DNA of 64,000 bases, taken from positions 2,294,001 through 2,358,000 of the forward strand of contig JBHGNT010000021.1 of assembly GCA_043228905.1 (NCBI GenBank), in the 5' to 3' direction. This stretch comes from Azolla caroliniana (taxonomy: Eukaryota > Plantae > Polypodiophyta). Of the stretch, positions 12,781 through 25,259 are shown in pieces (position 1 is the first letter of the stretch; each line of letters starts with the position of its first letter). The position numbers and the translations under genes are program-made. The notes under the pieces were generated by a model. That model worked only from the letters and a program-made list of their open reading frames with translations, made no database searches and was not told the origin of the DNA.

Positions 12781-14370
12781 TTATTCTAGTACTTGATAGT
12801 ACATATGAACGCCATTATGATAAATTTTCAAATGAAATTAGGATCTATTATTTGGTTATGAATCAATTTCCAAAACAAAATCATAATATGTATGTTTCAT
12901 GATTATATTGCTCAATCAATCTAATACACATTAAGACCATGGTCTATGCTTCTTATTGATATAAAATTGATTGAAAGTGTTTTGGGTGCTTTAAGGTTGA
13001 CATTAGAAATTAGAATGTTCTATCCATAAAGCAATCTAAGAGCTATGAAATAAATGGAGACTGGAGTAATGGTGTTGAGAGGCGAATGTTGTTTTGGAAT
13101 AGTGAAGGAATATGTCTCGCTAATGAGTCATGGCTTGACTAAGTTGGTGGATACAAAGTATTCGTGTTATTGTTAGAAGGGTTATAAGAAATATCCAAGG
13201 AAATTGTGGGCAGCCTCTTGAATTCTCCATAGAACTGTTACATGGTAGATACATGCCAAATAAATAAAGCTTATTGCAAAAGCGTGGTCACATTGACACA
13301 TGGAAAATTTCTTACTACCAATAGAATCTATATGTAACATTGCACAAATATCAATTTAAGAGTACAAGTCTCCATTTGGAGAATTAGAGTTTGATCGTGT
13401 ACAATGCATAATCGACTTTGTTGAAAGAATGCAACCCTCAACATACACTTTAAGCAGATTTTGGGTTTGCTGACTCTCAAAACAGTTATCATCCTTGTTC
13501 ACTGCACATAATGGTACCATCTCAATCTAAAGGCCTCATGATGATGAGAGACTTCTACTAGTTAGGGCTGCAATGAAGTTTATCCTAAAACCAAAGAAAT
13601 AAAAGGCAGCCTAAACCATGGTTTCAATCTTCTTGTTGTCAAGAATTGGTTGAAATTCTGCCTAATGTAACAGACAAATGCAAAATGTCAATCACAGTCT
13701 CAAAAAAAAGAACAAGGAAATTGAAAACTTGGTTTTGAAAGCAAAACTCAACCGTTACCAATCTTTTCTCATTAACAAGGTGCGTGTTGCTTACATTGCA
13801 TTTACATTCCACAAGAAAGATATATCTACATACACATGCAATGTCTACATCTACATTACACAAGAAAGATACATGCATTGTATTTATCACACCTGCATTC
13901 AAACACATGTATGAACAAACACTCTACAGCATTCGAACAATGTGCCTAACATGAGTAATCCATAGAGTATGATAAGGTACATATTACTTACAAATCAACC
14001 ATTCCAAATACACTTCATATGTTCTAGATGATCTACCTTTCATAAATTGATTTTTCAAAGTTGCAAAGGAGAAGACACGAATTTTCATTGATCAAATTCC
14101 AAATGATAACAAGTACTTAAAACAAGGAAAGCATGTTCCCAAACAATCTAAGCCATCTCTTCTTACAAAGTGCCATGGGCATAAAAACCAAGAGATAATT
14201 ATTTCCACTTGTCAGAAGAGGTTAAATACAAATGAACATGTTCACAAACAAACACAACATCCATCAAGTGATCTCTTTTTACTAGGTATTGCAGGCATAA
14301 AAACCAAGAGATATTTATTTTCACTTTGTGTCAAATGGAGTTGACAGGGTTTTAAAGCACATTAGAGCTT

Positions 14371-15962
14371 TCATTCATCATCGTTATGACGCCAATGATG
14401 CTTCTGATGATGACTCTGGTGATGCTCTTCCCCCTACATACACATTAACAAGAACCAGAGAGATTAGTAGTGCAATTGGCAAATCAATGACATGGTTCCC
14501 TTCAATTTAACCAACACATAAATATTGTAATCCAATGTATGTGCTGAATGCCACAATCAACTAGACAGAACAAGTTTTACCACAAATCATGTAATAATAT
14601 TTGGGGCAAAAGAATATAAGCCAAAGTAGATGTTTCCAATCTAGTCATTGTCAATGTGGATCTGGTAATGATGAAAATGAAGAAGATGAGTCACTCAGAT
14701 ATTGCTTCCCAACAATCGGAGAAAATAAGGTCATCTTTCGATCTCAGATATTGCTTCCCAACAATCGGAGAAAATAAGGTCGTCTTTCGATCTCAGATTT
14801 TTAAATAAGAAAATTGAAACACAAGACCAGTGCATGAGATGTAATCGCACAATCTTAGCTAAACTTAGACGCATTATATTCTACAATTAAGAAATGTAGG
14901 TCAGCATCGGATCGTTTTTTTCATCAAACCTACAATGTATATGCTGTGTGATGTATCAGTAGATCTACTATTACATGGCTACACACTACACTACAATGGT
15001 TTAAGAAACTCAAAATCATGCAAGATGCTAGCTTAGATGATTTAAGATCATGTACAAAAATAACAACATGGTGATCAATACAATGGTTTAAGAAACTCAA
15101 AACACAAGAGGAAATCCATAATGCCTAAAGAAAACTTGAACACAAAAGAAAGAAAATTAAGCGTGAATGTAAGAAATAATACCTCATAACCTCCAAAGCC
15201 CTCATGGGAAGGCGGGCGATAAGGTTCATCCCCGCCACCATAGCCTCCGCCATAACCACCGCCATCTTCTCTGCCAAATCTAGGAGGAGGAGGAGGAGGA
15301 GGTTGATCCTCATAGAAACCACCTTCTCCTTCTTCTCCGCCACTAAATCGAGGGGGCGGTCGCCTTCGCGGCTCTTCCTCGTATCCACCATCATATTCTT
15401 GCCTACCAGCCCTTGGAGGAGGTCGATCCCCATAGAAATTACCTTCTTCTTCTTCTGTGCCACCAAATCTAGGGGTTGGGCGTGGCCGCCGCTCTTCCTC
15501 ATATTCTTGCCTTCCACCCCTCAGTGGAGGTCGATTCCCATAGAAATTACCTTCTTCTGCTTCTTCTTCTCTGCCACCGAATCTAGGGGGAGGTCGTGAT
15601 TGCAGATCTTCCTCATATCCGCCCCCATATTCTTGCCTACCACCACTTTCCTCCTCTCCTCCTCCATAATTCGTACTCGGCTTCTGCCCTCCATATCCAT
15701 ACCCTCCTCCTCCAACTTCTTCTTCTGAAGAATGATGAGGCGGGTCATGGTGATCATAACTTGGGCGGTTTTCATCTACACCATAGCTACCGCCGTGTGG
15801 GGGTGGATTAGTTGTTTCTTCTGCGATCGGGTAGCACGTCTGAGGAGAAGGAGATTTCGGGCGACCATAGAGGGCCACTTGGTCATAGCCACCAGAGAAA
15901 GGGGTGGGATCATAGTCGTCAAAGTTCAGAGGGTCATCACCGCGAGGTCGAGGATAAGCCAT
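14371..15962 (-). CDS. At5g39570/PLDrp1-like Gly/Glu/Arg/Pro/Tyr-rich intrinsically disordered protein, 280 aa
   Basis: Exon 1 is 15962-15183 (GAG|GTATTA) and exon 2 is 14433-14371 (TGTAG|GGG..., GEEHHQSHHQKHHWRHNDDE*). The N-terminal FDDYDPTPFSGGYDQVALYGRPKSPSPQTCYP matches the family hallmark as I recall it (DEYDPTPY.GGYD....YGRP.PPS..TCYP). TATA-like TATATAAG at about 16049-16042. Confidence 0.85.
14695..14797. repeat. 48-bp near-perfect direct duplication in the PLDrp1-like intron
   Basis: CTCAGATATTGCTTCCCAACAATCGGAGAAAATAAGGTC(A/G)TCTTTCGAT occurs twice. Confidence 0.9.
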
Positions 15963-16173
15963 GGAGACCTAAATGGACATCCACAGGTTTTGCTTATATG
16001 AATTTGGATGAAGATGAAGATGAAGAAGATGGACTGTAGATCTTATATACTGGGTCTTCTGTAGTAGTAGTAGTAGTAATGTAGTCTGTATTTTGTATAG
16101 AAGACACTTTTAGACCTACTCCAAATCTAGAGATGGTTCTCACATTGGTGCCTTTGGGTCTTACACACCAAAA

Positions 16174-17087
16174 ATAGTTACGCTCTCCTCGATCGAGTTC
16201 TTCACATCTGCGGCTTCGATCAAGCCTTTACACTCTGAACTTAACTCTCTGTTACGTCATTCAATCGTGCCCCTGATATAGGGATCCTTCCCATGGTGAC
16301 AACCAACATCCAATAGTTACTCTCAGATAAGGTCAGCTCTCGATCGAGTTCACATCTGTTACCGACAGCTCAAATGGTAACCAAAATACATTCGATCGTG
16401 TCCTCGTATAGGGATCGTTCTCATGGTGACAACACCCATTAGTTACTCTCAAACAAGGTAAGCTCTCGATCGAGCTCTTCACATCTATGGCGTTGATCAA
16501 GCCTTCGCACTCTGAAGTTACTCTCTATTACGGAAAACTCAAAATGGTACCAAAATACATTCAATTGTCCCTTGATATAGGGATCGTTCTCATGGTAACA
16601 ACACCCAATGGTTACTCTTAGATAAGGTGGTTCTCGATCGAGTTCTTCACATCTGTGGCTTCGATCAAGCCTTTACACTTTGAACTTACTCTCTATTATA
16701 GACAACTCAAGTAGTAACCAAAACACTCAAACGTGCCCCTAATATAGGGATCATTCTCACGGTGACAACACCCAATAGTTATTCTCATATAAGGTAAGCT
16801 CTCGATTGAGTTCACATCTGTGGCTGCGATCAAGCTTTTACCCTCTACAATTATTCTCAAATGGTAACCAAAATACATTCAATCGTGCCCTCATATAGGG
16901 ATCGTTCTCATGGTGACAACACCCAATAGTTACTCTCAAATAAGGTAAGCTCTCGATCGAGCTCACATTAGTGGCTTCGATCAAGCCTTTACACTTTTAA
17001 CTTACTCTCTGTTATAGACAACACAAATGGTAACCGAAACATTCAATTGTGTCCCTCGTATAGGGACCGTTATCATGGTGACAACAC
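16174..17087. repeat. Tandem array of 6 units (about 125-170 bp) rich in palindromes
   Basis: Units start at about 16174, 16313, 16438, 16608, 16775 and 16926. They share CTCGATCGAG, GGCTTCGATCAAGCC, CCC..ATAGGGATC and ATGGTGACAACAC. Length varies by internal deletions. Confidence 0.95.
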
Positions 17088-18879
17088 TGCTTGTGTCTCT
17101 TACACTCGTCATAGATTTCAAAAGACTTGATCTTCACTTGCACACTTATCCTTTGCGATAGGGATAGTTTACTTGGTGTATCACTTGTTTATCGTTTTGC
17201 ATTGTTATCAACCCGTTAACTTCTCCTCGCATGTTAGTATGTTTGTTTTGTGTTTATGGATTTATGTCGATGGATAATCATGGGAACTTGAAGCTTAACA
17301 AAGATGAGAAAGGAAGGGTGATATTGTTGATATGATAAATGTTTCCTTCCTTCTTAAATGAGAAGAGACTTTCGAAGAACCCAAAACTGATAGGGCTTCC
17401 TCTCATACTTGTTCTTTGATTCCCAACTCCTCCATATATATTAACTTCTAGTATTGATCCAACAACTTTTTTGCGCTTTTTGTTGTGCCTTTAACAATTA
17501 ACCTTCATTTGCTATGCTTGCCTTACATGGTCTATCAATCAAATCACTTTGTTCATGTATGGAATTACCATCATGGTGCATTTAAAGAACCCTAATATAG
17601 TTTATCTTCATATGATGTAATGTGTTAAATCTTAATAATATCTTTCACAACATCCTTAGTCTTTCCGAGCTTCCAATTGTTGCTCTACCAAGACTCTTCG
17701 TTTGAGTTCATCTATAGTAACATCTCTATATCTATATGCATCTATCAAACAACTTATTGGCATATGTGCCATAGGAACACAATGTTGGGGAAGAGTAAGG
17801 ATGGAGTGTGGATGTAATGCAAGTTTAAGAGTTTTTCTCAATAAAACCAAAGGGCACATATTTCCATGTCAGATTAAGGAATGTGCAAATAATTGTTGGT
17901 ATGATTAGAAGTTTCATATTTGAAATGGCCAAGATTCAAAATACACAAGAGAACAAATATCTCTAATATACACGGCCTAACGTATGCATGACACCATTAC
18001 AATGACAAACTTTTCTATATATAGCTTTTCCCTAAGTAACTCTATGATGGGTTTTATGTAGTTATCTTGATGAGGAAATAATGGGGTCTTAAGGAAGATG
18101 AAAAATGAAGGATGTTATGTGGAAGAGGGTCGATAATTTTAAAGGAAAATGAGACTTACATCGCACTCTATACTTTTTAGTGTAACGATTGTTTTCATGG
18201 TATATGATGAGTGCATTCACCCATCACACTTTAATCTTTGTTGATTCCTTGCTTCCCTTCACACCCTCCACCAAACATTTTCTTTGGACTGAATGTGTAG
18301 TAGTGTTTTCCACTATTATGTATTTATACCAACCTTGACGCGCCATTTGCTTCTTTTTTCTATCTTTTTCAACCCCACCATAGTGTGTATATGGGCTACC
18401 TTGTCATAAAATCATTTGAGCGTGTAGAGATTCTATTGTTTTCATCTTGCCTTCTAAATAACAAGTAACAATGTCTTATTTCAATCTAACCATTTTGTCA
18501 ATCAACAAGTGCAATAATGCAATGCATTCATCAAAAACCTTTATACTTTTGGTATGCTTTCTTTCAAAGAAAGATAGCAAATAAATATTGCTTTTTGATA
18601 AATAACTGACATGACACGTTGCTTGATCATGACTTGTATCCTTCTCTTTTAGCTACCTTCAATTGATGAAGTGCACTCTTAGAGTTCCTAAAACCTAAAT
18701 AATATTTGATTTGATATTTACTTTGCAAGAGATGTTGACGACATTTACAGAGAACTCAATTGCAGATGTGGTAAATGACCAAGGTCACTTATTGCACTTC
18801 AATGACATAGCATGTCGTTATAGTATTGGGCCACATCGTCGTGTTATCTAGAATCAAGTCACAGAGTTGGTACTTTCCT

Positions 18880-19600
18880 TAGTACCTGTGCCACCTCTAG
18901 ATGGAGATTGCAGGATTCAGGATTGGATGTTACAAAAAGGGAACATGGTTATTCCAATGCATAACATTACAACACATTCAATGTATATGTTGTTGCAATA
19001 TGTCCCATGTTTTCACGAACATGCAAATGCATTATAAAACCTACACAAAACGCAATTCTAGTGGAAAAACAGGCTTACAAGCTTATGGAACTCTGGTCTT
19101 CCACTTAAGCAATGGGTATTCCTATGGAGATGCCTATTGGGTGTGCTCCCGACTGGGTCGAATCTTCAAAAGAGATCGATAGCCTCGCCGCATTGTGCAA
19201 GATGTGTTGGACGATTGGAAACAGTCCCACACTTATTATGAACTTGTTCATTCACTACAACATTTGTACAAAGACTAAGTGCATCTCTTTATCACAGATT
19301 TCTTGGCCGAAGGTTTGGTAAACACTTTTGGATATTTGGACAAATTCTGTGCGCCCTATCTGTACTACCCACAATAGTAAGGTCTTTGATCGAAACCAAT
19401 TGCATGAAGTTAGCTTCTTTAAGCAGTCCCTCAGGTAATCTCTATTTGATTGTTTGCAACTTAGAGACATCATGCTACAAATTTACAATCTTTACTTTGA
19501 GTGCTTTTAAGCTCTTTAGTGTCTAATCGACACTTGTATATTTTTCTTTATTCTTTGTGGGCTTTCACCTCACTTTGAGGTTTCCCACTAGTAATAAAAG
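18880..19600 (+). mobile_element. L1-clade LINE 3' fragment (zf-RVT region)
   Basis: Frame from 19062 reads WKNRLTSLWNSGLPLKQWVFLWRCLLGVLPTGSNLQKRSIASPHCARCVGRLETVPHLL*TC, the zinc-binding C-terminal motif of plant L1 ORF2, with an in-frame stop. Confidence 0.85.
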
Positions 19601-19733
19601 TGTTACTAATGTTATTGGTAAAAACTTTGCACATATCCCTAAATCATGAGTTGTGACCTCCTCAATCTACCACCAACCAAAGAATAATTGTTCACGCTAG
19701 TACTCAACCCAATCAAGACCTTGGTAATTTAAA

Positions 19734-20011
19734 CATAGAGGTGGTTGTTTCCTCCGAGGGTACCAAACATAGAGGTGGGTGCTGAAATGTGAAGAGATTG
19801 GAGGATGTCTTTGCTAAATGTGGGTTGTGTGAGGCTCATGTTGAGGGGATTCTATCGAGTAATACTGTGTTGAGGCTTTGTTGTTTCCTTTATACATGGT
19901 GTTTTCTTGTAGGTTGTAGTCATGCAAATTGGCTTATAACATATGAGTTATATATTATCCTGTGTACTTTTTCTTAACTAATTGAAGTAGTAATTTTTTT
20001 GGGAAAAAAAG
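19734..20011 (+). mobile_element. Short 5'-truncated non-LTR retroposed insertion (278 bp) with 17-bp TSD
   Basis: GACCTTGGTAATTTAAA at 19717-19733 and 20012-20028 flanks a segment ending in GGGAAAAAAAG. Confidence 0.8.
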
Positions 20012-22558
20012 GACCTTGGTAATTTAAATCCTTGTGCGGCTCCAAAGAAACCATGTGAATGTCGGTGCCTTATCCATGATGACGCATTAACAAACATTGA
20101 GCTGACAACCTATCCAAATTTGATTTAACCTACTACTCCTCATATTGATATTGTTGTAGGAAAGCGACGACCTTGAATAAGTATGTCATATTTTCATATA
20201 TTTTCCATGGATGATGACACCCAAGCATTCAACAAAGATAAGCACACATCATTAGAATATCATGTCATGAACAAGTGGAGTGTTTGCACGCGACTATTAT
20301 GTCTATCCCGCGAAAATACGTGACATATATTTTTATGACTTTTTTTATATTAGATAGAATTATTAAATCACATCCACCTCTCCTCCATCTTTGAACTTGG
20401 AAACACTATCTACACGTTCTCAGCATATTTGTCAACTTTTTTCCATGCCACGTCACATATTGCCAAAGTTCTAATTCTCCTTCGTAACACCCTCAAACAA
20501 AGCTATTGTGGCATCTTAGGAATAGACCCCAACATACATTGACAACCATTTTGATTGTTTTTTGCCTGAAAAACTATGTTTTTTAAGTAAAAAAGAGGAA
20601 GGATGTTATCGTTGAAGTCTGAAATTAATGAAATTCATCCTTGCAGAAAGACTTCTTTAATTCCTTAGTTTTAGTTGGGCAACATTCAAAGAATGAGGGT
20701 GAAATGCAAGAAGGTTATTTCTCGACTCTTGCCTTACTCAAACTATGATAAGAGGTTTCCTACGAAATATGACTTTTGACTTCTTAATTATATAGTTACT
20801 CATCAAGTATACCACTTGTTGTGGTTTCAAAAATATATGGTGTTATTGTGCATTTTTGCAAAGATATTATCTCTAACAATAAGGATGTGGTACCGTCATC
20901 ATGTTCCTGAAGATAATACGATAATAATTTGAGCTCCATAAATGTGTCGCCTTCAATGTATGCAATAAATATCTTAGTGTTGAAACAAGAACAATATGTT
21001 AAATATTTTCTTGAATTGAGAAAAATATGTAAACAATGTTTGCAGGAGAAAAAGTCGAAGAAAACAAAGATGGTAGGATGTGGACAAGTCAAGCTCGTTT
21101 AGAAGCGCCTAGATTTTAATCGAATTATTTGATTTTGTGTTTGCTCGAATGTGCCTAACATTTGATGTCTCCAAGTGTGAAATCGTGTTAGCTCAAATTG
21201 AATAGTGATACATGTGTCGAGCATTAATATACTTATTGCAAAGGTTGATCAATAGATCAAATGAGTCATCATTCTTACAAAGTTGATAACGTATTTGACA
21301 TTACAAATATGATCACTTTTTCAGCTATATATTTTGTCATCACATTGAAAGTTTGCTTTTAATAGCTACACCTGGGTGTCTTGAATGGAACTTTAAGAGA
21401 AGGGCCTACAAGAGAGGTTTCAATACTCGGCAATAGTCTATCCTTATTATGTGGATTGTTTAGGGCATGCTCACAATAATGGAAGGGTGGACTATAAATA
21501 GTTTATGTAAAAGGTAACATCTAATGGAAGTTGATTCTCCATCCATATTGTTGCTTGGTTCCATGACTTTGTAGTTTCAAGCAAAACTAATAGGCAAAAT
21601 GACTTACGACCCTAGGAAGCAAAGATGTAATATGGTACCAAGAATTACATGATGATAATCAAATTTTAAAATGTGTTAAAATTTGGAACTCTAGTTACAT
21701 GACATTCTCGTGTTTTGCGACTATATAAAGCATCTTTTTTCATAGAGTTTACATTCCCTTGGCAAATGTATCACGATTCATATCAACCCTTCTAAAAAAT
21801 GTGATCAATATATATATATATATAGTTTTTTGGCAAAATTCCATCAGTTTTCCATTCACTCAAAGGATATATGTCGTAATATGAGTAGATGGAATTCCAT
21901 CATTTTCAAGCGGATAGGTATGTTCTTAGGTGTCACAAAATTTGGTCTTCCATTGTACCATGAGAATAAATGATCCTAACTTTCTCTGAGGTTTGTAAAA
22001 TCAATCAATATCTCACCAAATTGGTCGGAAATGTCCTTAGAAAGAAGAATGCTTTTCGCCTTTATGCATTATCAATGAACTATGACATGCATGTCCATTG
22101 TATGAATCTCCATTGTTTTCCCACATAATGAATAGATAATATCCTTAAGACCTATTGGTGAACCATAAGGTGTATGTGTATTGTTTTTATTGCATTTCAT
22201 TTCATTTTTATGTTTTTTCACCGTATCATTAAGGTTAACTTGAGAGTTTCCTTTTTAGTTTTCCCTTGAAAATATACTTGAAGTTACTATAACTTACAAA
22301 CTAGCAAAGGGGTATAGGCATGAAGGTGCATTCGAACTGTGGAAGCATAATGAATACACCCACGGCCGTAGAAGTAGTCATACATGAAATGGCACATTGC
22401 ATAAAATGGTTATAATCATGCACTCAAGGTTTGGACGCTTGTCTTCCATGTGGTCGACCGCATAGTAGCCAAGAGAGGGGTTGTATTTCGTCATGTCTTG
22501 ACAAAACAATACCGATCGTAGGACAAAGTGGCCAGGTGAATGGACGCATGATCTTGAA

Positions 22559-22718
22559 AACTCGAAGGGCAAGAACCCGGAAGATCCTACTCCCAATAGT
22601 TCGAACACAAACACAAACACATGTCCTTGACTACTCGAAGGCAAGAACCCAAAAGATCCTACTCCCAATAGTTCGAACACAAACACAAACACAAACACAA
22701 ACACAAACACAAACACAA
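22559..22718. repeat. Duplicated ~70-bp unit plus (ACACAA)n microsatellite upstream of ASR gene 2
   Basis: ACTCGAAGG(G)CAAGAACCC..AAGATCCTACTCCCAATAGTTCGAACACAAACAC occurs twice, followed by about 7 ACACAA units. Confidence 0.85.
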
Positions 22719-23070
22719 GCTCTGACTCGAATCCATAAGGAACAAGGTGCAAACTTATCTTGATTCTTTAGTAAAGAAGAATAACAAAAGGTGGGCATAT
22801 CCTTGGAACCAACCTTCTATGATCAATACATGCCATGATGTTTTCTTTTTCTCTGTAAAGAGTGTGAATGAATGTGTGTGGGTGTGTCCCACTTTTGAGC
22901 TTGATTAACACGCAGAGAAAGAAGTTAGACCCCCCAAAAAAGTAAAGGAGAACATACATATTTATAGATGGCCACCATAGCTACAGAGTATTGTCACATA
23001 TACATATAACTATCTCCATAGGTTAGAAAGAGACAGAGCAAAAGAGAGACAGAGAGACAGAGAAGCAAAG

Positions 23071-24078
23071 ATGTCTGAAGAAAGAGGCCATCACCATGAT
23101 GATCACAAGCACCACCATGGTGGTGGTGGTGGTGGCTATGGTGAAGGATATGCAGGAGGATACCCTAACCAACCTTATGGCTACAACAACACCCCTGGCT
23201 ATGAAAACCAAGCTTACTATGGCAACCCCCCACCCATGGAACCTTATGGCTATCCTGGTGGCCCACCTCCACCACCACCACCACAACCTTATGGCTATAA
23301 TCCTGGCTATGGCAATTATAACAACCAACCCCCATATCCCAATGCTTATCCAGAGAATTATGGTGCCTATGGCTCAAACCCTAGCAGTGCTCCTCCTAAT
23401 TATGGATATGGTGCTAATCAGCAACAATCCAATCTGGCTTATGAAGAAGAGGAACATAGGGCTGCTAAGGCTAAGGCTGAGGCCAACAAGCATAAGAAAG
23501 AAGAGCACTTGGGAGAGTTGGGATCCCTTGCAGCTGGTGCCTTTGCTCTGGTAAGTCTTCTACTCTACTTCAATCCATCAGATGACTAATCTCTCGGTGC
23601 AATGCAAGGCGCAATCGCGTCATAATTAGGATTCAAGATCTAAAATCTGGACTCATTAATTAATTACCTTGGATTAACTTGATGAATCAACAAAATTTCA
23701 ATCAATTTAAGTAGAAAAATAAGACTGGGAAGAATTAAAACCCTAAATTTGGCTCTGTTCTTTACCTTGGATTAACTTGATTCGACCAAATTTTCAATCA
23801 ATTTAAGTAGAAGATAAGACTGGGAAGAATTAAAACCCTAAATTTGGCTCTGTTTTCTTTTTTTGGGTCTGTCTACACAGTATGAGCATCACAAGATGAA
23901 GGTAGACCCGGAGAATGCAGGGAGACACAAGATCGAAGCAGAGGTGGCGGGGGCGGCATCCATTGGATCTGCAGGGTTTGCTCTGTACGAGCATCATCAA
24001 AAGAAGAAATCTGAGCATGAGTATGATGAAGCCAATCCATCCTCTGGTGCTGAAAAGAAGCACCACAATTGGTTCTAA
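23071..24078 (+). CDS. ASR: ASR protein 2 with long Tyr/Gly/Pro/Asn/Gln-rich N-terminal extension, 225 aa
   Basis: Exons 23071-23550 and 23881-24078; the phase-0 intron is at the same position as in ASR gene 1. Core HKKEEHLGELGSLAAGAFAL|YEHHKMKVDPENAGRHKIEAEVAGAASIGSAGFALYEHHQKK; ends KKHHNWF*. Confidence 0.95.
23664..23855. repeat. ~98-bp tandem duplication in the ASR gene 2 intron
   Basis: TTACCTTGGATTAACTTGAT...AGACTGGGAAGAATTAAAACCCTAAATTTGGCTCTGTT occurs twice. Confidence 0.9.
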
Positions 24079-25259
24079 CTCCCAAATTTGGCATGATCTC
24101 TGCTTTTTTTCCCAAGTCCAAAATTTTATGACTATATGTTTTTCCCCTTCAGATATTTAATTTGGATCTAACTCCATATCAATATGTCATACATACCATG
24201 TTTGTAAAAATAGCATATCAATCCAAAACTTGTTTGTTTGTAAGAGAGCATGATAGTCAGGGACATGAGCACTTCATCATGTAGTAGCACACATAAACGA
24301 TAGACATGGGGATCTTGAGTACATCCCGACGATTATTTTGGCAGAACCTTAGATTATTTTGACAGAACAATCTTGAGTTACATCCGACGATTGTGGCAAT
24401 TGCTCTAAGTGTTTATCATTAAAAAGTACAATAAACACTAATCACATCATTACTGAGCACATGTTTTACGCAATTAGGGTTTTTATACCGTTCATCAACT
24501 AAGTATTAGGTTTTAGGGTTTAAATTGTTTTTTATGTTCTTAATTTCATTGCCTCCGCATCACCAACCCAATGAAAGGCAAGTTGGACACATTTTAGTGT
24601 CAGACAACCCTCTTGAATGTCGCCAAGGCATGGTGTGGTTCTTCTTAAGCTATTTGAATGTCTGCACAAGATCATGACTGTCATCATAGTGTCTACAGAA
24701 ACTTTAGTCCAATGTTTGACAATGCCCAAGGAGCAAGAAGTACGATCTCCATTTTCCGACCCAAAGTTTGTTGTTGAATGATCCATATGGCTAGCTACCA
24801 TCAAACTATCAGAATTGTTTATCATTGTTGGCTTACTATTATTATGTGGTCATATGATCTTCAAATATGCAAAGCTTCAACAGCTTTTGTTCTCTGTAAT
24901 TCTTCTTTGGTTTCTTGATATAATATCTAGGCAAGTATAAATACTAAACCTTTATATACTCTGCGTCATATAATTCCTACTTCTTCGCACACTAGTGATA
25001 TAACTCATTCCTAAGACTAACTTCTAGCACACAACTGGTATAACTCTTGCAAATAAGGACTAACCCCAATAAATGGATCCTACATGTTTGTATGCCACAC
25101 TCTTTTGAAGTTAATTTCGATTACCAAACGAGAAATTTGAAATGTCATTATAGCACTCATCCTAACACACTTCAATCTCAACATGACAATTTGCATTGTC
25201 ATTGTTGACTTAAATAATCTCCACTATTATCCACTTGCATTGTTATTGTTGACTTAATA

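Noticed and set aside
16174-17087. Array as CRISPR, hammerhead/retrozyme or snoRNA cluster
   Set aside because: There are no unique spacers, no CTGANGA...GAAA core and no consistent C/D or H/ACA boxes, and the context is eukaryotic.
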